Notes: generated from the letters alone by a model not told the origin. 48,774 nt of DNA, filler included, from Catajapyx aquilonaris (GCA_000934665.2; 2 parts of 2 records of this genome joined end to end with filler, not necessarily neighbours in it); one strand, 5' to 3'; positions 24,108-37,684 are shown, counted from the first letter of the whole stretch. Program-made: numbers and translations.

Positions 24108-24275
24108 TATTATTATTATTATTATTATTATTATGGTTATGGTTATAATTCTGCATGGCCTGACCAGTCACCAGAAGATCCAAGAATGGGCATACGAGAC
24201 AGCTAGGTGTACACACTAGTCATCACTGGCTACCCCATTTCTGGGATTATGCTGTGATGTAATGAATGAATGAAT

Positions 24276-24292
24276 GGATGATGATGATGATG

Positions 24293-24355
<63 letters not shown>
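24276..24355. repeat. Compound microsatellite (GAT)n(ATT)n
   Basis: Read directly; a shorter (ATT)n tract is at 24108-24133. Confidence 0.95.
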
Positions 24356-24356
24356 G

Positions 24357-24428
24357 TAGGTTGTCTGTCTACTCTCACGTTATTGTTCCTTCACTTATGT
24401 ATGGTAGTGAAGCGTGGGTTTGGTCAGA
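24357..24428 (+). mobile_element. Fragment of a non-LTR retrotransposon (LINE, RTE-like) ORF, truncated by the gap
   Basis: Translates as RLSVYSHVIVPSLMYGSEAWVWS, matching the 'P.L.YGSE.W' motif found C-terminal to LINE reverse transcriptase domains. Confidence 0.6.
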
Positions 24429-24528
24429 NNNNNNNNNNNNNNNNNNNNNNNNNNNNNNNNNNNNNNNNNNNNTTAATTAATTAANNNNNNNNNNNNNNNN
24501 NNNNNNNNNNNNNNNNNNNNNNNNNNNN
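24429..24528. other. Artificial 100-nt assembly linker / gap
   Basis: 44 N + TTAATTAATTAA (24473-24484; stop codons in all six frames) + 44 N. Confidence 0.95.
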
Positions 24529-25733
24529 ATTATGCGTCCTACATACATGCAAAATGGGGCTTAATATTCTACAAGGTAACGCCGAACTCGCAGATAACCT
24601 CAAACAAATTCTACGATTAAAATTACGTGTCATTTTGGCAGGTCATATCCCTTCAGTGGTGCAAGTTTCATATTTGCCCTCGTATTAGGGTCCGAGATGT
24701 AAAATAGAGCAAATAAGGAGGCCGGATGCGCCTCTTTCGCCCTTTTCCGCAATATTACGAAGTTGCGTGACCCTTGACGTGACGACCCGCACCGAGTCGA
24801 ATTTTGCGAACATTTTTGTGAGTAATCTGCTACCCATAACCTTTCAGTGGCATGCATTTCCATTGTTGTGTTAGTATTAGGTTCCGAGATATAAAATAAA
24901 TAAGGTGGCCTAGAGCGTCTGGGTCATTCTATGAGAAGGAGGGCAAGTTGGTGGCTCGGCCATCTCAGAATGTATTGTTGTCCTGACATGTCTGTTTTTC
25001 CATCATTTGGTCATCTCGGTCCTGAATTTAGAGATTTTCTGCTGGTGAGGCTCTCAGGAGAACTGAACCTTTCTTAAATAGATAGGTCAAGCATGACATG
25101 GCGCTTATTTTAACACGTGTAAATTTAAAATTGCCCAGTGTCACATAAGAGGAAAAAAATGACCAATGATGGAAAAACGGACATGTCAGGATTTATTATT
25201 TCCAAGATAGAATAGAGGCTTGTGATGTTTTCCTTCTCCAGGGGTAATGAGTAAATGACCATGTACTCACCACATTAATTTCATACTCTTAGCATGCGGT
25301 TAACAATTTCATTGGACCACCTGAAATGTGTCCTTTTCGCACAACAATGGGAATTTTTTAGTATCGCCATTTTACGCTCTAGGTTAAAACCGTTGCGTTG
25401 CCTCCAAAATGTCCATCTCACGCCCGTTCATATAACTTACGTACTATAATATAATTATGGGGGTTACAACAATACATTCTGAGATGGCCGAGCCACCAAC
25501 TTGGACGCCTTGTCATAGAATGACCCAGGCGCACCCGGCCACCTTATTTACACTGTATTTTCCATCTCGGACCCTAATACGAGGGCAAAAATGAAACTTG
25601 CACCACTGAAGGGATATGACCTGCCAAAATGACACATAATTTTAATCGTAGAATTTGTTTGAGGTTATCTGCGAGTTCGGCGTTACCTTGTAGAATATTA
25701 AGCCCCATTTTGCATGTATGTAGGACGCATAAT
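24529..25733. mobile_element. ~1.2-kb foldback-type non-autonomous DNA element with nested inverted repeats
   Basis: Three inverted pairs: 24529-24706 vs 25556-25733, ~24898-24981 vs ~25466-25549, ~24981-25014 vs ~25159-25191. No transposase ORF; the left end runs into the gap. Confidence 0.8.
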
Positions 25734-25959
25734 AATTATTAGAGAAATTATTATCGGGTTATTGTAAACATCAGAATGGAACAGTTCCCATTTTTTACCT
25801 CACTCATTTCTCGTGACCTATAGCAGTTATCTGGTTTGAAAAATATGTTCCTGTGACCTTGACAAAATACGATCCTAAGTGCCAAATTTTGATTTTTTTT
25901 TTTTTTAAATGTCGGGTGAACATAGTTGTATGATCTCACATGGAATTACCCAAACTATA

Positions 25960-26197
25960 CTTGTAGAAATAAGTTGCACGAATAAGTAGCGGCGCTCTCA
26001 AACAGCGACCCAGACCGTGCGGCCACTTGAGGGACTGTGCGGCCAAGGGACCGCGGCCGTGACCGGTGAGCAGAGTGTTGTGGATTCCGGAACATCGACA
26101 AATCAACATGTCCGTAACCCAGCAGCGCCCAGGATTACCAACACATAAACACAAAAGCACATAAACAGTCGCGACATTACTTTTGCGGTCAATAGTA
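25960..26197. mobile_element. MITE-like repeat, copy C (same family as 14011-14295)
   Basis: tagaaataagttgcacgaataagtagcggcgctctcaaac ... cattacttttgcggtcaatagtac aligns with 14090-14292; the GC-rich internal tandem segment differs. Confidence 0.75.
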
Positions 26198-26348
26198 CAT
26201 GTTTGCAACTTTGCAGTGGTCTTATAACTTTATTTACTGTCGTGACGACTGCATAAATTACTGTCGTTGCATGATTAAATTAGGTCTTTTATGGCATATT
26301 TCATTGCACATTGATTTAAACTTAGAGAGACAATATGTTTTTGAATAG

Positions 26349-29300
26349 TGACCAAGTTCCTTCAACGTTTCATCCCCGGAGCTGAGCTGAAAGAGGACGT
26401 TGGTTCTGAACTTTTGTATGTCCTCCCTGCCAGAGACACACCAACAAAGTCTTTCGAAAAGCTGTTCCAGGGCCTGGATGAAAATCTGTCATCTCTCAAG
26501 ATAAGCTCCTACGGAGTTTCTGACACGACCCTGGAGGAGGTGGGTGATCAGGTGATGTCTCTGTGTTCTGCTTTGCGTTACTGGTTTTTGTGCTTTCAGA
26601 TTTTCTTGAAAGTGGCCGAAGCCAATGAATATGGGCAGGAGGGCAGTGGTGATGGCCACGTTCAGCATTGTATGTGGGACAGTCGAACTTCCAGGCGGTT
26701 TCAGGATCACTGGAGTAGGCTCAAGTCCAGAATACATCAGAAGCAAGGATCTGCCAGTGAGTTGTGTGTTTTTATTTAGCCAATGACTTTTCATGAATTA
26801 ATATCCTTCTCGTAGTGAGATGTATGTAGGTCCAATTTACGTGAGATCGAAAAAAGTTGTTTGTGACCTGATCTTGTTAGATTTTGATTTTAGACTTAGT
26901 AAATAGGAATTATTAATAGGCAGATATTATTTTTATTGGATCATCCAAGCATGCGTTTCCAGAGTAAGACCCTTTATCTAAAATGGGGGTGTGTAGTCAG
27001 TCATCGATTCATATCTCCATAAGTATCCATCCTATGAATGTGAAATTGATATCATCGGCTGTATAAGAGTACAAGTATAATAAATAAGACCTAATTAATT
27101 TTATATCTAATATAAGTAACTTAATTAAGATTAAACTGCTTGACTTTTGATCTAGTTGCCAGGCTGACCTAGGCAGGAAAAATATGCAAATTATATATTA
27201 GGGATTCCTTCTGAAATCCCAGCCAAATTTGGAGAGGTTAGATTTTTTTTTTTTAAAAATATGAAAAATAATAAGTCAAGTAATGCGTGGGAGTGAGACA
27301 CTTCCTCCCACATCATTGTACAGTGTTGGTCATATATCGAGGCAACTGCCAGATACATTTTCCGAAGAGGCAGAAAAAGGAATCGAAGATAAGGATACTT
27401 CAAGCCGGGCGAGCAAGATTCCTTCTTCTGCCGCTTTGGAAAATGTCGCTGGGGGTTGCCTCGATATATGACCAACACCGTAAGTGAGATTACTGAAGTA
27501 GAATTATTGTAATCTTGATTTTAAATTCACAGATGTAAGTCCCGTGGCATTGGACATGGAAGGAAAGTCTTCTCCTGATGACCACCTACTTAACACCCCT
27601 ACAACCACAACCACCACAACAGCAAGCTCTCCTTCACCTCAGAAGCCCCCGGAATCTCCCCTGCAGAAGTCTCCCCTTAAGAAGTCATCATCTAATCGCC
27701 GCCGTGTGTACTGGAGACAGTGGCAGGCCCTGGTTGCCAAGAGATTCCACCATGCACGTCGAAACCGAAAAGGATTTCTTTTTGAGATAATCCTCCCAGC
27801 TGCCTTTGTCTGCCTCACCATGGCCTGCACACGGATCCTCCCTCCAGCGCAGCCTGAGCCTGCATTAGATATTCACCCATGGAAGTACCCTCCTCCTAAC
27901 TATGTCTTCTATGCAAACAGGCATTCAGAGGGGAAGTGGGCCAGCAGTTATGAGAAAGAAATAGTAGGAGAGGTGGGGATAGGAGCCAGGTGTGTCAAAG
28001 GCGATCCCATTAGGTGAGTTTGCTCATTATGCTTATTGTGTAGGTGTGCAAAAAGGTGTTATTTTGCATCTAATAATAGTGGCAAAGAGATGTAACCAAC
28101 AACGTTCCATTATAATATATATTTTTTACTTTACCCCATGATACAACTGTAAGTCGTTATAGGGGGGTGGCATACCACCATCAGTTTATTTTTTATACTT
28201 TTTTCTTTATTCTCCGTGCAGGGAAGTAAGGAAGTGGGGTAAGGATAGGGATTTTTTGGGAGGGGACACAGGTGCAAGTGCAATGTCAGAAATGGGTCAT
28301 GTGCAGTCCCCCAGAAGGCTAGGTTGCCAAGACACCTTCTTAGGCATGGGCCAGAGACCCACTGACGCAGGCGAAAGGGAACTCCCGGGCGGGGATTGAA
28401 CCCGGGACCTTCCTCACAGCAAGCCGAGACGTTACCATCCCGGCCACCACACCTTCCCCCAATGTTCCATTCCTAGTGCTGGTTCTTCCAAATTTATTGG
28501 GTGTGTAGACAGATACAAAGATCATCTCCATTATCCCATGTTTATTGGTGTCACCATGTCATCTCATAGAAGTCTGTTGGTTCAGTGCCCCACCATCACT
28601 TATTGAAGTTGTATTCTGTAAGGTGATGCCTAAAGAAACATGGGGTCAGGTTTTAGAATGGCAAGATTAACGCATTAATGTCATTAAATTTATGTCCAGC
28701 CACATCTTTGTTCCTTTGAAAAATAATGTCAGAATCAAGCTGAAACTACCTTGTCTCACAATGCAGTTATGGTTTTTTGTTGCACAAAAGAATATCAGTC
28801 AATGTGACCATGTGTTCTTGTTCTGCAGGGGATACCCGTGTGACAGGAGTGTGAAGATGACACCATTCCATGAAATGATGGATGTTCCACCATACTCCCC
28901 ACCTTGTTCCTGTGATCTGGGTACACCTGTGTGTGCCCCAGGTGCAGGTGGTCCACCTCCTCCCCAGTCATTAACTCCAGCCTACCACACCTTGGTAGAT
29001 ATGAATGGTCGTAATGTGTCAGACTGGCTTGTCAAGACTCAGAGGCGCTTTTATAAGAAGCGGTTTGGTGGGCTGGAACTGGGAGTACACCATGTTGCGG
29101 GCAAGTTGAATATTACCTCCGGCGTGCATCGACTGGACAGACTGATCAAAATTTTGGGACTGAATGCCACCGATTTACTGGATCAATTGGACGATGTTCT
29201 CAGGGACTCAGAAATGTTGGATAATCTGAGAGTGTGGTTCAACAACAAAGGATGGATCTCATCTGTGGCCTTCTTGAATGCTGCTAACAATGTTGTGCTC

Positions 29301-31826
29301 AGGGCCTCCTTGCCAGAGGGTAAAGCAACAGAGGAGTATGGGATAGGCCTGGTCAACCATCCAATGAAATTCACCCGGCACCAAATAGTTCGAGAAGTTG
29401 TGTGAGTGGCTAATTTTGGTGATGTTACATATTGTAACACAAGTATGTTTCATAGTAACTATGAACTAGTAATGACATTGGTGCTTCACTGTTAGATTGC
29501 CCTATTCTGGTGGTGTAAGATTTCTTACTGATTTTTCATTGCAGGAAGCAGGGTGCCACAAGCCTTCTTCACTCGATTTGTGTCATCTTTGCATTGAGTT
29601 TTGTCCCAGCCTCATTTGTGGTGTACCTGATAGAGGAGCGGACATCTAAGGCCAAACACTTGCAGTTGGTGTCAGGAGCCCACCCACTGGTGTACTGGAC
29701 AGTCAACTACACCTGCGACATGGTGACTTACTTGGTTCCTGCTTCCCTCTGCATTCTCATCTTTCTCGCATTTGGAGAGGAAGCGTACGTGTCACCTGAG
29801 AATCTCCCAGCCACCATGTGCCTACTCATCATGTATGGGTGGGCCAGTATTCCCCTGATGTATCCAGCCAGTTTCGCCTTCTCCGTGCCTTCCACTGCCT
29901 TTGTGGCGCTGGCATGTGCCAACCTCTTTATTGGCACAGTCTCCACTGTGTCCACCTTTGTTCTTGAACTATTTGATGACCAAGAGCTGCAAGACATTGC
30001 TGCAATCCTCAAGGTTGTCTTTCTCATGTTCCCCCACTACTGCTTTGGTAGGGGGATCATCGACTTAGCCGCAAATGAAATTGCTACCGACTCACTCAAA
30101 GTCTTTGGTAAATATTATTTTTCGTTCTGTTTTTAAACTAGGAAATAATGAAGTAATCATGAATGTGAAATAACGCCATGCTTTTATATGCCCTTTTTCA
30201 TGCAGGTTACGTACTGAGTCGGGATCGCTTTGACTGGTACTTTGTTGGACGCAACATCTTTTGGATGTTCATCCAAGGGATAGTGTGCTTCTCTGTGGTA
30301 CTGCTTATTGAGTTCAGACCCTGGGAGAAATGCCCTCAAAGAAAGGTAAGGCTCCTGTTGGTCACTGCAGGATAGTTAAATGATATTTCCTTCTTTGTTG
30401 TAGTCAAGGGAACCTGAAATGGCCAATTATGAGGATGATGACGAAGATGTATCACATGAACGTCACCGTATTAGGTCTGGGCAAGCCTCGAAAGATGTTG
30501 TCTTACTGAAGGAACTTACAAAGGTGTATGGCTCACGTAAGAAGCCAGCAGTTGACCACATTTGCCTCGGTGTCGAGCATGGACAATGCTTTGGCCTTCT
30601 GGGAGTGAACGGTGCTGGAAAGACCACTACCTTCAAGATGCTAACTGGTGATGTGTCCATGACTACAGGCTCAGCTTGGGTCAGCGGGCATAATGTCACT
30701 GAAGCTCTGTCAGAAGTTCATCGCTCTGTGGGCTACTGCCCTCAATCAGATGGACTTGATGCCTTACTCACAGGTCAGCAGAGGAAATTTGTGACAGACG
30801 ATTTGAAATGGTTTAAAACAATTTACAGGATAGTGCACCTTTCACGTACAGAAAATTGTAGTTAAAGTGTAAATTTAATTGAAATGCATTTTCACAGGTC
30901 GAGAGCACTTACGCCTCTATGCTCGCTTGAGAGGAATATCTGAACAGCAAGTGAAGGAAGCGTCTGAACTTGGGCTTCGGTGCATGGGGTTGGCAGCATT
31001 TGCCGATCGTCCTGCAGGTACTTACTCAGGTGGGAATAAGCGGAAGCTTTCAACTGCCATGGCTCTGGTGGGCAATCCGCCCGTTGTCTTCCTTGATGAG
31101 CCAACCAGTGGGATGGACCCCCGTGCTCGCAGATTTTTATGGGGTCGCATCCTCGACCTGGTCAGGGATGGCCACTCTGTTGTGCTGACATCCCACAGCA
31201 TGGAAGAGTGTGAGGCCCTTTGTGGGCGGCTAGCCATTATGGTCAATGGCAGAGTTCGGTGCATTGGATCAGTCCAGCACCTGAAGAACAGATTTGGTTC
31301 AGGGTACACTCTGGTGTTGAGGTGCAAGAGGGAGGATGGAGATGGGGACCAGAGTTTGGATCTGGTGGATCAAGGTGTGAGGCAGAGACTACCAGATGCA
31401 ATGCTGGTTAGCCGTCAACACAACCAGCTACAGTATAGGCTACCCATTGAGTCAGTGAAGCTTGCAGATGTGTTCTGTGCCATGGACCAGGCCAGGAAGA
31501 ATCTCCCAATACATGAATTCTCAGTGTCACAAACTACCCTTGATGAGGTATGAAAGCAATTGTTGCATTCCATATAATTGATCTTGTAACATATTATGAG
31601 GAGTGTCATATACACTAGTGAGTGACAGTGTGAGTGATTGTAACAATTTCTTTTCAATCCTTGGCAGGTGTTCATCCATTTCGCCAGTGAACAAACGGAG
31701 ATGTGGGAAGAAGAAGCAAAGGCGGAGGAAGAAGCAAAGCTTCGTAGACGTGCTTGGTACAGAAGCATAGGGAAGAGAAAGGCCGTTGGAGCAATGTCTG
31801 CAACATCAAACGGGTCGGCTGTTTAG
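26349..31826 (+). CDS. ABCA1: ABC transporter subfamily A (ABCA1/ABCA7-like), 5'-partial (regulatory region after NBD1, then TMD2/ECD2 and NBD2)
   Basis: Exons 26349-26539, 26600-26756, 27533-28013, 28829-29401, 29545-30107, 30206-30345, 30404-30773, 30898-31547, 31668-31826 (TAG), all phase-compatible. Motifs: SYGVSDTTLEEIFLKV, KRFHHARRNRKG..EIILPAAFV, GAGGPPPPQ, GRNVSDWLVKT, VWFNNKGW, SFVPASF, Walker A GVNGAGKTT, YSGGNKRKLS, FLDEPTSGMDP, TSHSMEECEALC, SQTTLDEVFIHFA. AATAAA at 32061. Confidence 0.93.
27321..27480. mobile_element. 160-bp palindromic MITE with TA TSD in an ABCA intron
   Basis: TA-CAGTGTTGGTCATATATCGAGGCAAC...GTTGCCTCGATATATGACCAACACCG-TA; ~65-bp imperfect arms. Confidence 0.85.
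28199..28460 (-). mobile_element. tRNA-derived SINE in an ABCA intron
   Basis: Minus strand: A-box-like TGGCCGGGATGG, B-box GGTTCAATCCC, non-tRNA body, A-rich tail AATAAAGAAAAA. Confidence 0.7.
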
Positions 31827-32496
31827 GGGCACAAAAAAGTAATTCTCTCTGGATATTGTGAGAATCAAATTTTATTGCAGGCTGTGACACTTACTGTTAT
31901 TACATGATTTAATGTTGCTTTTTATGTTGCTCTCTACACATCTAGTTTTTAGAAACGTATATGGTGTTGGTTACGCTTACAAGTCTACACTTACTGTTGA
32001 ACTATAAGAATAATATATACTTAGAGATGGCTTCGAATCAGTATTCTGAAGGATGTGCACAATAAAGAAGTATTACTGTTGAAACGTGTCGAGGTATTAT
32101 TTAAGTTACCTCCAGTCCTCCACTTAATTTAATTGCTTCCATCAGGTAATGCATTAAGGCTAATTTATACCTCTTGCAGGTTTGTCCTTGTTATAAATTG
32201 TTGCATATATGATCTCATTGATCTGAACAATTAGATGATGAAATCATCGTTGAGACGTTAACTGGAAACCAGAGGGCACTTAATTAGTTTTGGGCAGGCC
32301 TCTTCTTATGCAAATTAATAATTTTTCATGGGAGAGGTCAGCAAAAAAAATGCTGGAATGTTGTCACTGACATGTAAGAGAAGGAAGCACCATTACAAAA
32401 TGTGCTTCTCAAACTGATCTGTAAGATCATGTCAATTTGCTTTGCATATATGATAAACTATTCTCTTAATAGTCTGATTTAATGGAGGATATGCGA

Positions 32497-32720
32497 GGAT
32501 ATGGTTGTGTAGTGGTTATGCCACTGTCCAGCCTGGAGGTGGAGGGTTCAAATCCCATCTGGATGTCATGTTCACTCAGTCGAATCTTGATCAATTTTTT
32601 CATGTGTCCAGGTAGGCTTGCGTGCACTTCTCTGCCCAGTGCCACGAGATAAGGCTGACAAACTACCTCTCTTTTCAAGGAAAGACTCATGATTTCCTAT
32701 AAAAGCTGGTGGCCCACTGT
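32497..32720 (+). mobile_element. Degenerate tRNA-derived SINE
   Basis: A-box-like TGTGTAGTGG at ~32506 and B-box GGTTCAAATCC at ~32545; the 3' boundary is approximate. Confidence 0.45.
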
Positions 32721-35700
32721 AAATGCCTTCCAGACATTGTACTGTACCATATCAGGGCAAACATTATTTTTTCACTCACAGAATATTATATTTCTATGGT
32801 TATGGTAACATGGGACATTTTCTACTTCATTTTTATTCTTGCTCATGATGGTGCAATATTAAGTCACTGACTGTGAGTGTACATATAGCAGAGATGTCGT
32901 GAAGAGCTATACAGGTTCCCCAGAACATAAACAATGGGATCCAACTCTATTGTCTGGCAGAGTTTGTAGTCTGAATAGACATAGTACGTCACACCCATTG
33001 TAGCTATTATGTAATTTCAACAAAAGGAGGTCAACATTTAAAAACTCTGTATGGTACTAGTCCAACTCACCAAAGGTATAGTGATGATGCTGACACCTCA
33101 GCATCATAAAAAATATGAAGCATATCTTGCAATTCCATAACAATGCATAAAAGTACTCCTACATGGCCATTATTTTGCACATGACAATATTAATTTACAA
33201 GTTCATTTTATATATCTGACATGGAGTCTGATTTCTATTAGTTTATATGTAACACTATCATTACTTTATCAACTATCAGGATGACCTTTCTCTAATATTG
33301 TGTAAATGAAATATAATATCTGTAATCCAGAGGTACACTGGGTCAAGGATACATTAATCCAGAATTTCAGTGTACTGTCAGGAGTAATAAGAGACTTCGC
33401 ATGTGGCAAGAATGGCTATAATCAAAAGCTCTGGCTATAATTATGTAATCACCGGCAATACATTATGTTACTAATATATTAAAATCAGAACTGATAAACA
33501 GTTTGAGCAAAACCACCTGAACATAAAGGTAGGCTATATGTAGAATGAGCACTGACACCACTTGTTGTAATATTCATGATCTTGAGTGACGTAGAGGCAC
33601 GCACCACAAATAGAGCAACCACCTTATCTTGTCAATCATGGTGCCAACTTGAATTAGGATTGTATGGGGAATTACTTTTACTATTACATACTTGATATAA
33701 TTTCCAGAGTTCATTCTATATCAATTACACCTTCATCTTAATTAAGAAGAAACATGTAAAAACAAATTAGCCATTGCAAAAGCAACATTAGAATTTAATT
33801 GGGAATCTGTATTATCATCTGATAATGGCATGAGGGTGACAGATGGTAGCATTGTGGATGAAGCAGCCTTGGAGTAGTATTGTAGCACGATGGCTTGAAT
33901 TCTGTAGTTTGATTACCTTGCTTCTTTTTCATTAGAAACACGAGTGTCATTGATTTTGAGGATTTAACATTTCAATATGAAAACCTCATTAAGAATGCCA
34001 TACGCTCCTCTACCACGACATGTCATTAGCCAATGCAAGTAAACTGCTTCAAACATATGGCAGAGACTTACGGCAGATGTGCATGCAACTATTTCACTAA
34101 TCAGATAATGACGTACGATTCACCTGTGAACAGGCAGGTGGTGTGTGCCATAAATAAAATTGTAATAAATTAAGCATTGTGCTTTCAGTGCATCCCCACT
34201 TGCCAGCCAATCTGTCAATAACCCAGACAATAGCAAGAATAAAAAGGAAATCAACAGGTCAGATGAAGTCTAGAGGAGAGAGGAAAATAGGTTCATGATG
34301 AAAATTATACAGTTGATTATACAGTATTAACAGGTTAAAGGTGAGGGTAAAAATCGACATTAGTTTGTGCTACAATTACTTGTAATTTATAATTTTGGTC
34401 ACTCCCATTCCAATTATAGTCTTGTTTTTCAAATGAGAAAAAAAGAGTTGCGGTACAAAAATAAAGTTGATGCCTTGCATTAATCTACTGTGAATGAGAA
34501 TATTATGTGAATGGAGAGTATGCCAGAGTATGCCCTCAGTCTGAACTGACTTTGCATTTCCCAGGGCTCTTCCAGTTGTATCCTGTTTCAGGGCAATGTC
34601 CAGGGGCACATCCGGTCTGGTTCTTTGCCTCCTGTACACTTTGAACTTGCAGTCAGACACACATATTGTGCTGTGTCAAATATGATGCTGAGATAGGTGA
34701 AACTTGATTGCTGCCAGCAAGGCTGTCAGATTTCACATCTCAACACAGCATGCTCATCTGCATGTACTGTCATGAAAAATATATTGTGCAAGCATATAAA
34801 TTGCATAAGTATTGTGTATTGCTACAATTGGCCAAGGAAAACATGCATAACATTTTTTTTTGACAAGGTGTTACTTGGATGTTGCATTTTCTGTTCTAGG
34901 TAAAAACATGCTGAGGCTTTTAGCAAGAAATTGGTACTCAATTAGTATGCACCTACTTCTTCTTTTACAATGGCATACTAGGGCATTCCACCTGCCTTAG
35001 CTGTGTAAATATGGAGAGGTGTACACACACTTGTTATGATTATGAATATATTTGGCTTGCTGTTCACTATAAGGATGGCAGAGTGCCAGTTCTGTATTAA
35101 GAAAACATTCAGGAACAATAGGACCTACTTGTTTCAGCCTACATTATTAGAGCTTTTTCATGCCATAGAACTGCATTCGTCAGCATCATAATATATTTTG
35201 GTACACTGCGCATTCCAGAGCAGCGCATGCATGCCAGGGCTAAGAGGTTGTTACCCTCAAATGATTTTACAGTGCTTGAGTGCCTTGAGAGACAATTTAA
35301 GTTCATGTGAGATACAAATGGAAATGTCACATTGGGTCAGATGAGTCCTGTAATTAGGAGCAGCATACTTGCAAAGAAGTAATAATAATTAATTACAGTT
35401 GTAATGACCCTTCTTTAGCAATCACTGCTACCTAAATTAGGAGTTTATTTTCAGTAAGTGACTTACAAATGTAGAAATTCTGTCACGCATTTAGGCTACA
35501 TTTTTTGTGAGTTAATTTGCGTCACCTGCATCATCACTGCCTATTCCTGTGTGAAATTTGATAGTGTATTATGATGACAAAGACTTAGGTTACTGAACCG
35601 TTCTTTACTTACTGTTAGTCCTACAAATATAGTCTACTGTACAAGTTTATAATAATACCGTATCTTAGTGTTTTGTCATTCTCGTGACTTGTGTTCGTCA

Positions 35701-37684
35701 TCGGATCACTTAGGTCCTACATTCTTTAAGTCTCAGGTTTTTGAGAGTATGCATGTGTCAGACATGTGATATCCAAAGTTCATCCTTTTCTGACTCTCCT
35801 TATGGACCCCCCCCCCTTTTTTTTTGTTTTCTGCACATTGTCAAAATTGTGCAAAATGTTCTATGTCAACAGTTGCGCAGTGTATTTTTGTTTGCCCAAC
35901 AGCATTGTTGACATACATGTACTGAACTGTATGTGTTACTGTTTGTATTGCGAGGTGTGTGTCAATCTGACCCAGCTAACCCCAGAATGTAAATGCTTAG
36001 GTAATCAAAACCTGCTGACAATAGAGTGACACCACACACCCATAGTTACTATCAACCGAATGGACTCGAACGTAATCATGTGTAACATCCACCCTATTCG
36101 TCATCCCTGATTGCCGCAGGGTCAGTCGGCCTCTATTGACAGGGGTTATCTCCCTGAAGGGCAAGGAAGGAATTCCCTTCACCAAGATGTGCTAATGACC
36201 TTACAACAGGGGCCACCACGACATCATCGGAGTGTCCTGTTAACCTCGAAGGCTATCACATGTGTCATTCAGTATACTCGTAATTTCATGCCACATTGCA
36301 GCAGTGCCTTACAAAACGGTATTGCCAACTTGCACATATTTGTCAAAAAAATGTGCGAAACAACTCTGTGCAACTTGACAACGCGGTTCAGACCCAAAAT
36401 TATTGTCTTCATTGACATCACATCTATCTTGTAGCTCGACCCTGGCATGTAACTCGACCCTGGCAATCTCCACGTGCCTTGACATCTGCACAACGCCATG
36501 AAGCGATTTTTTTTTTTTTTTAAAGAAATACTTCCTCGTCACCCCTCCCCCTTCGCGCGAATTTGATTATCTTCCCCTCCTCTGTGCTTTACTACGTCTT
36601 TCGTATATACCCGCCAGATCAATACTAGAGTCCCAGCCGGCTTTATTGATCTTTCCTCTCCCCCTAAACTACGCCGGCAATATTATAAGACACAGCCAAC
36701 AGGTATTATGCCGGTACCTAAAAATAACGTTCGTGCAGAAAAGGTGAAATAATAATGTGCCTGGTGGAAAGATGGTATTTCATCACCGATGTCTCTATTT
36801 CCTACTCTCTTATTTTCCCGGAATAGCCGCGCCAACTGATAACAGCCGGCATACTTTTCAGGGTATGTGAACGCGGTTACGACAAAGTTGTCATACATGG
36901 TCTGCAGTTGATAGTAGTTATATAGTACCGGAACCGTACGTCATCAGTGTTATCGTTAATGACGTGCTTTAAGTGTAAAGTAAAAAAAAAGTCATATTCA
37001 CGTGTGTATGCTATTGCGGTGAAGTGATAAGACGCCGGAAAATCCCATATGTCACAGGTGATCAGAGATCAAAATCCAATAGGTTCGTTATTGATCTTAG
37101 CTGTCGTACCAATCCGGGAGATTACACTAATTACCAAACATGAGATTACATATAGCCTACCAGTACTTGTACAGCAAAGACGGGAAGGTGCCAGAGAGGA
37201 TATAAGCAGGTTAATGAATAGCGAAATTGCCAGTAGATCCGGTATATAAAACTACGTGTACGGTATAACATTAAATTATTTTTTAAAGAAATTTCCGACC
37301 GATTGCCAAAAATAATTCGCTAATTTTTGAGCACTAATAAACCGGTCCTGCACAAATTCCCTCATACACTTTTCCTCCGGATGCAAACCTGCCATCAGGA
37401 TCAAAATCCGGACTTTAACCCCTGCCCTCATTTCCCATGAACTTGACACGTGCTGGAACGATGTTGTCCTCTCCAGCAACCAGTTTTGAACCGATCGCTG
37501 CAATTTTCTGGTGTCAACAATCCCTCCTTATTTTTGACTTCCGTAACCTTCAAGCATTTAAAAACCAACATTTCGGTGACGTCACCTGTTAGCGAACGAC
37601 GCAAAAATATTTCCACTCCAAAAAAAAACACGTCCCCAAAAATTCTAAAACCGGAAAAAAAAGAACACGTACACACGTAGCCTG

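Noticed and set aside
24266..24484. Poly-Ile and poly-Tyr ORFs
   Set aside because: Translations of the (GAT)n(ATT)n microsatellite and the N linker.
28385..28455. tRNA gene on the minus strand (also tRNA-like heads at ~32500 and ~48455)
   Set aside because: A and B boxes are present but no proper acceptor stem forms, and each continues into a SINE-like body.
32100..37600. Short ORFs in the ABCA-to-unknown-gene interval
   Set aside because: No recognisable protein similarity and no consistent exon chain found; a non-coding or poorly conserved gene cannot be excluded.
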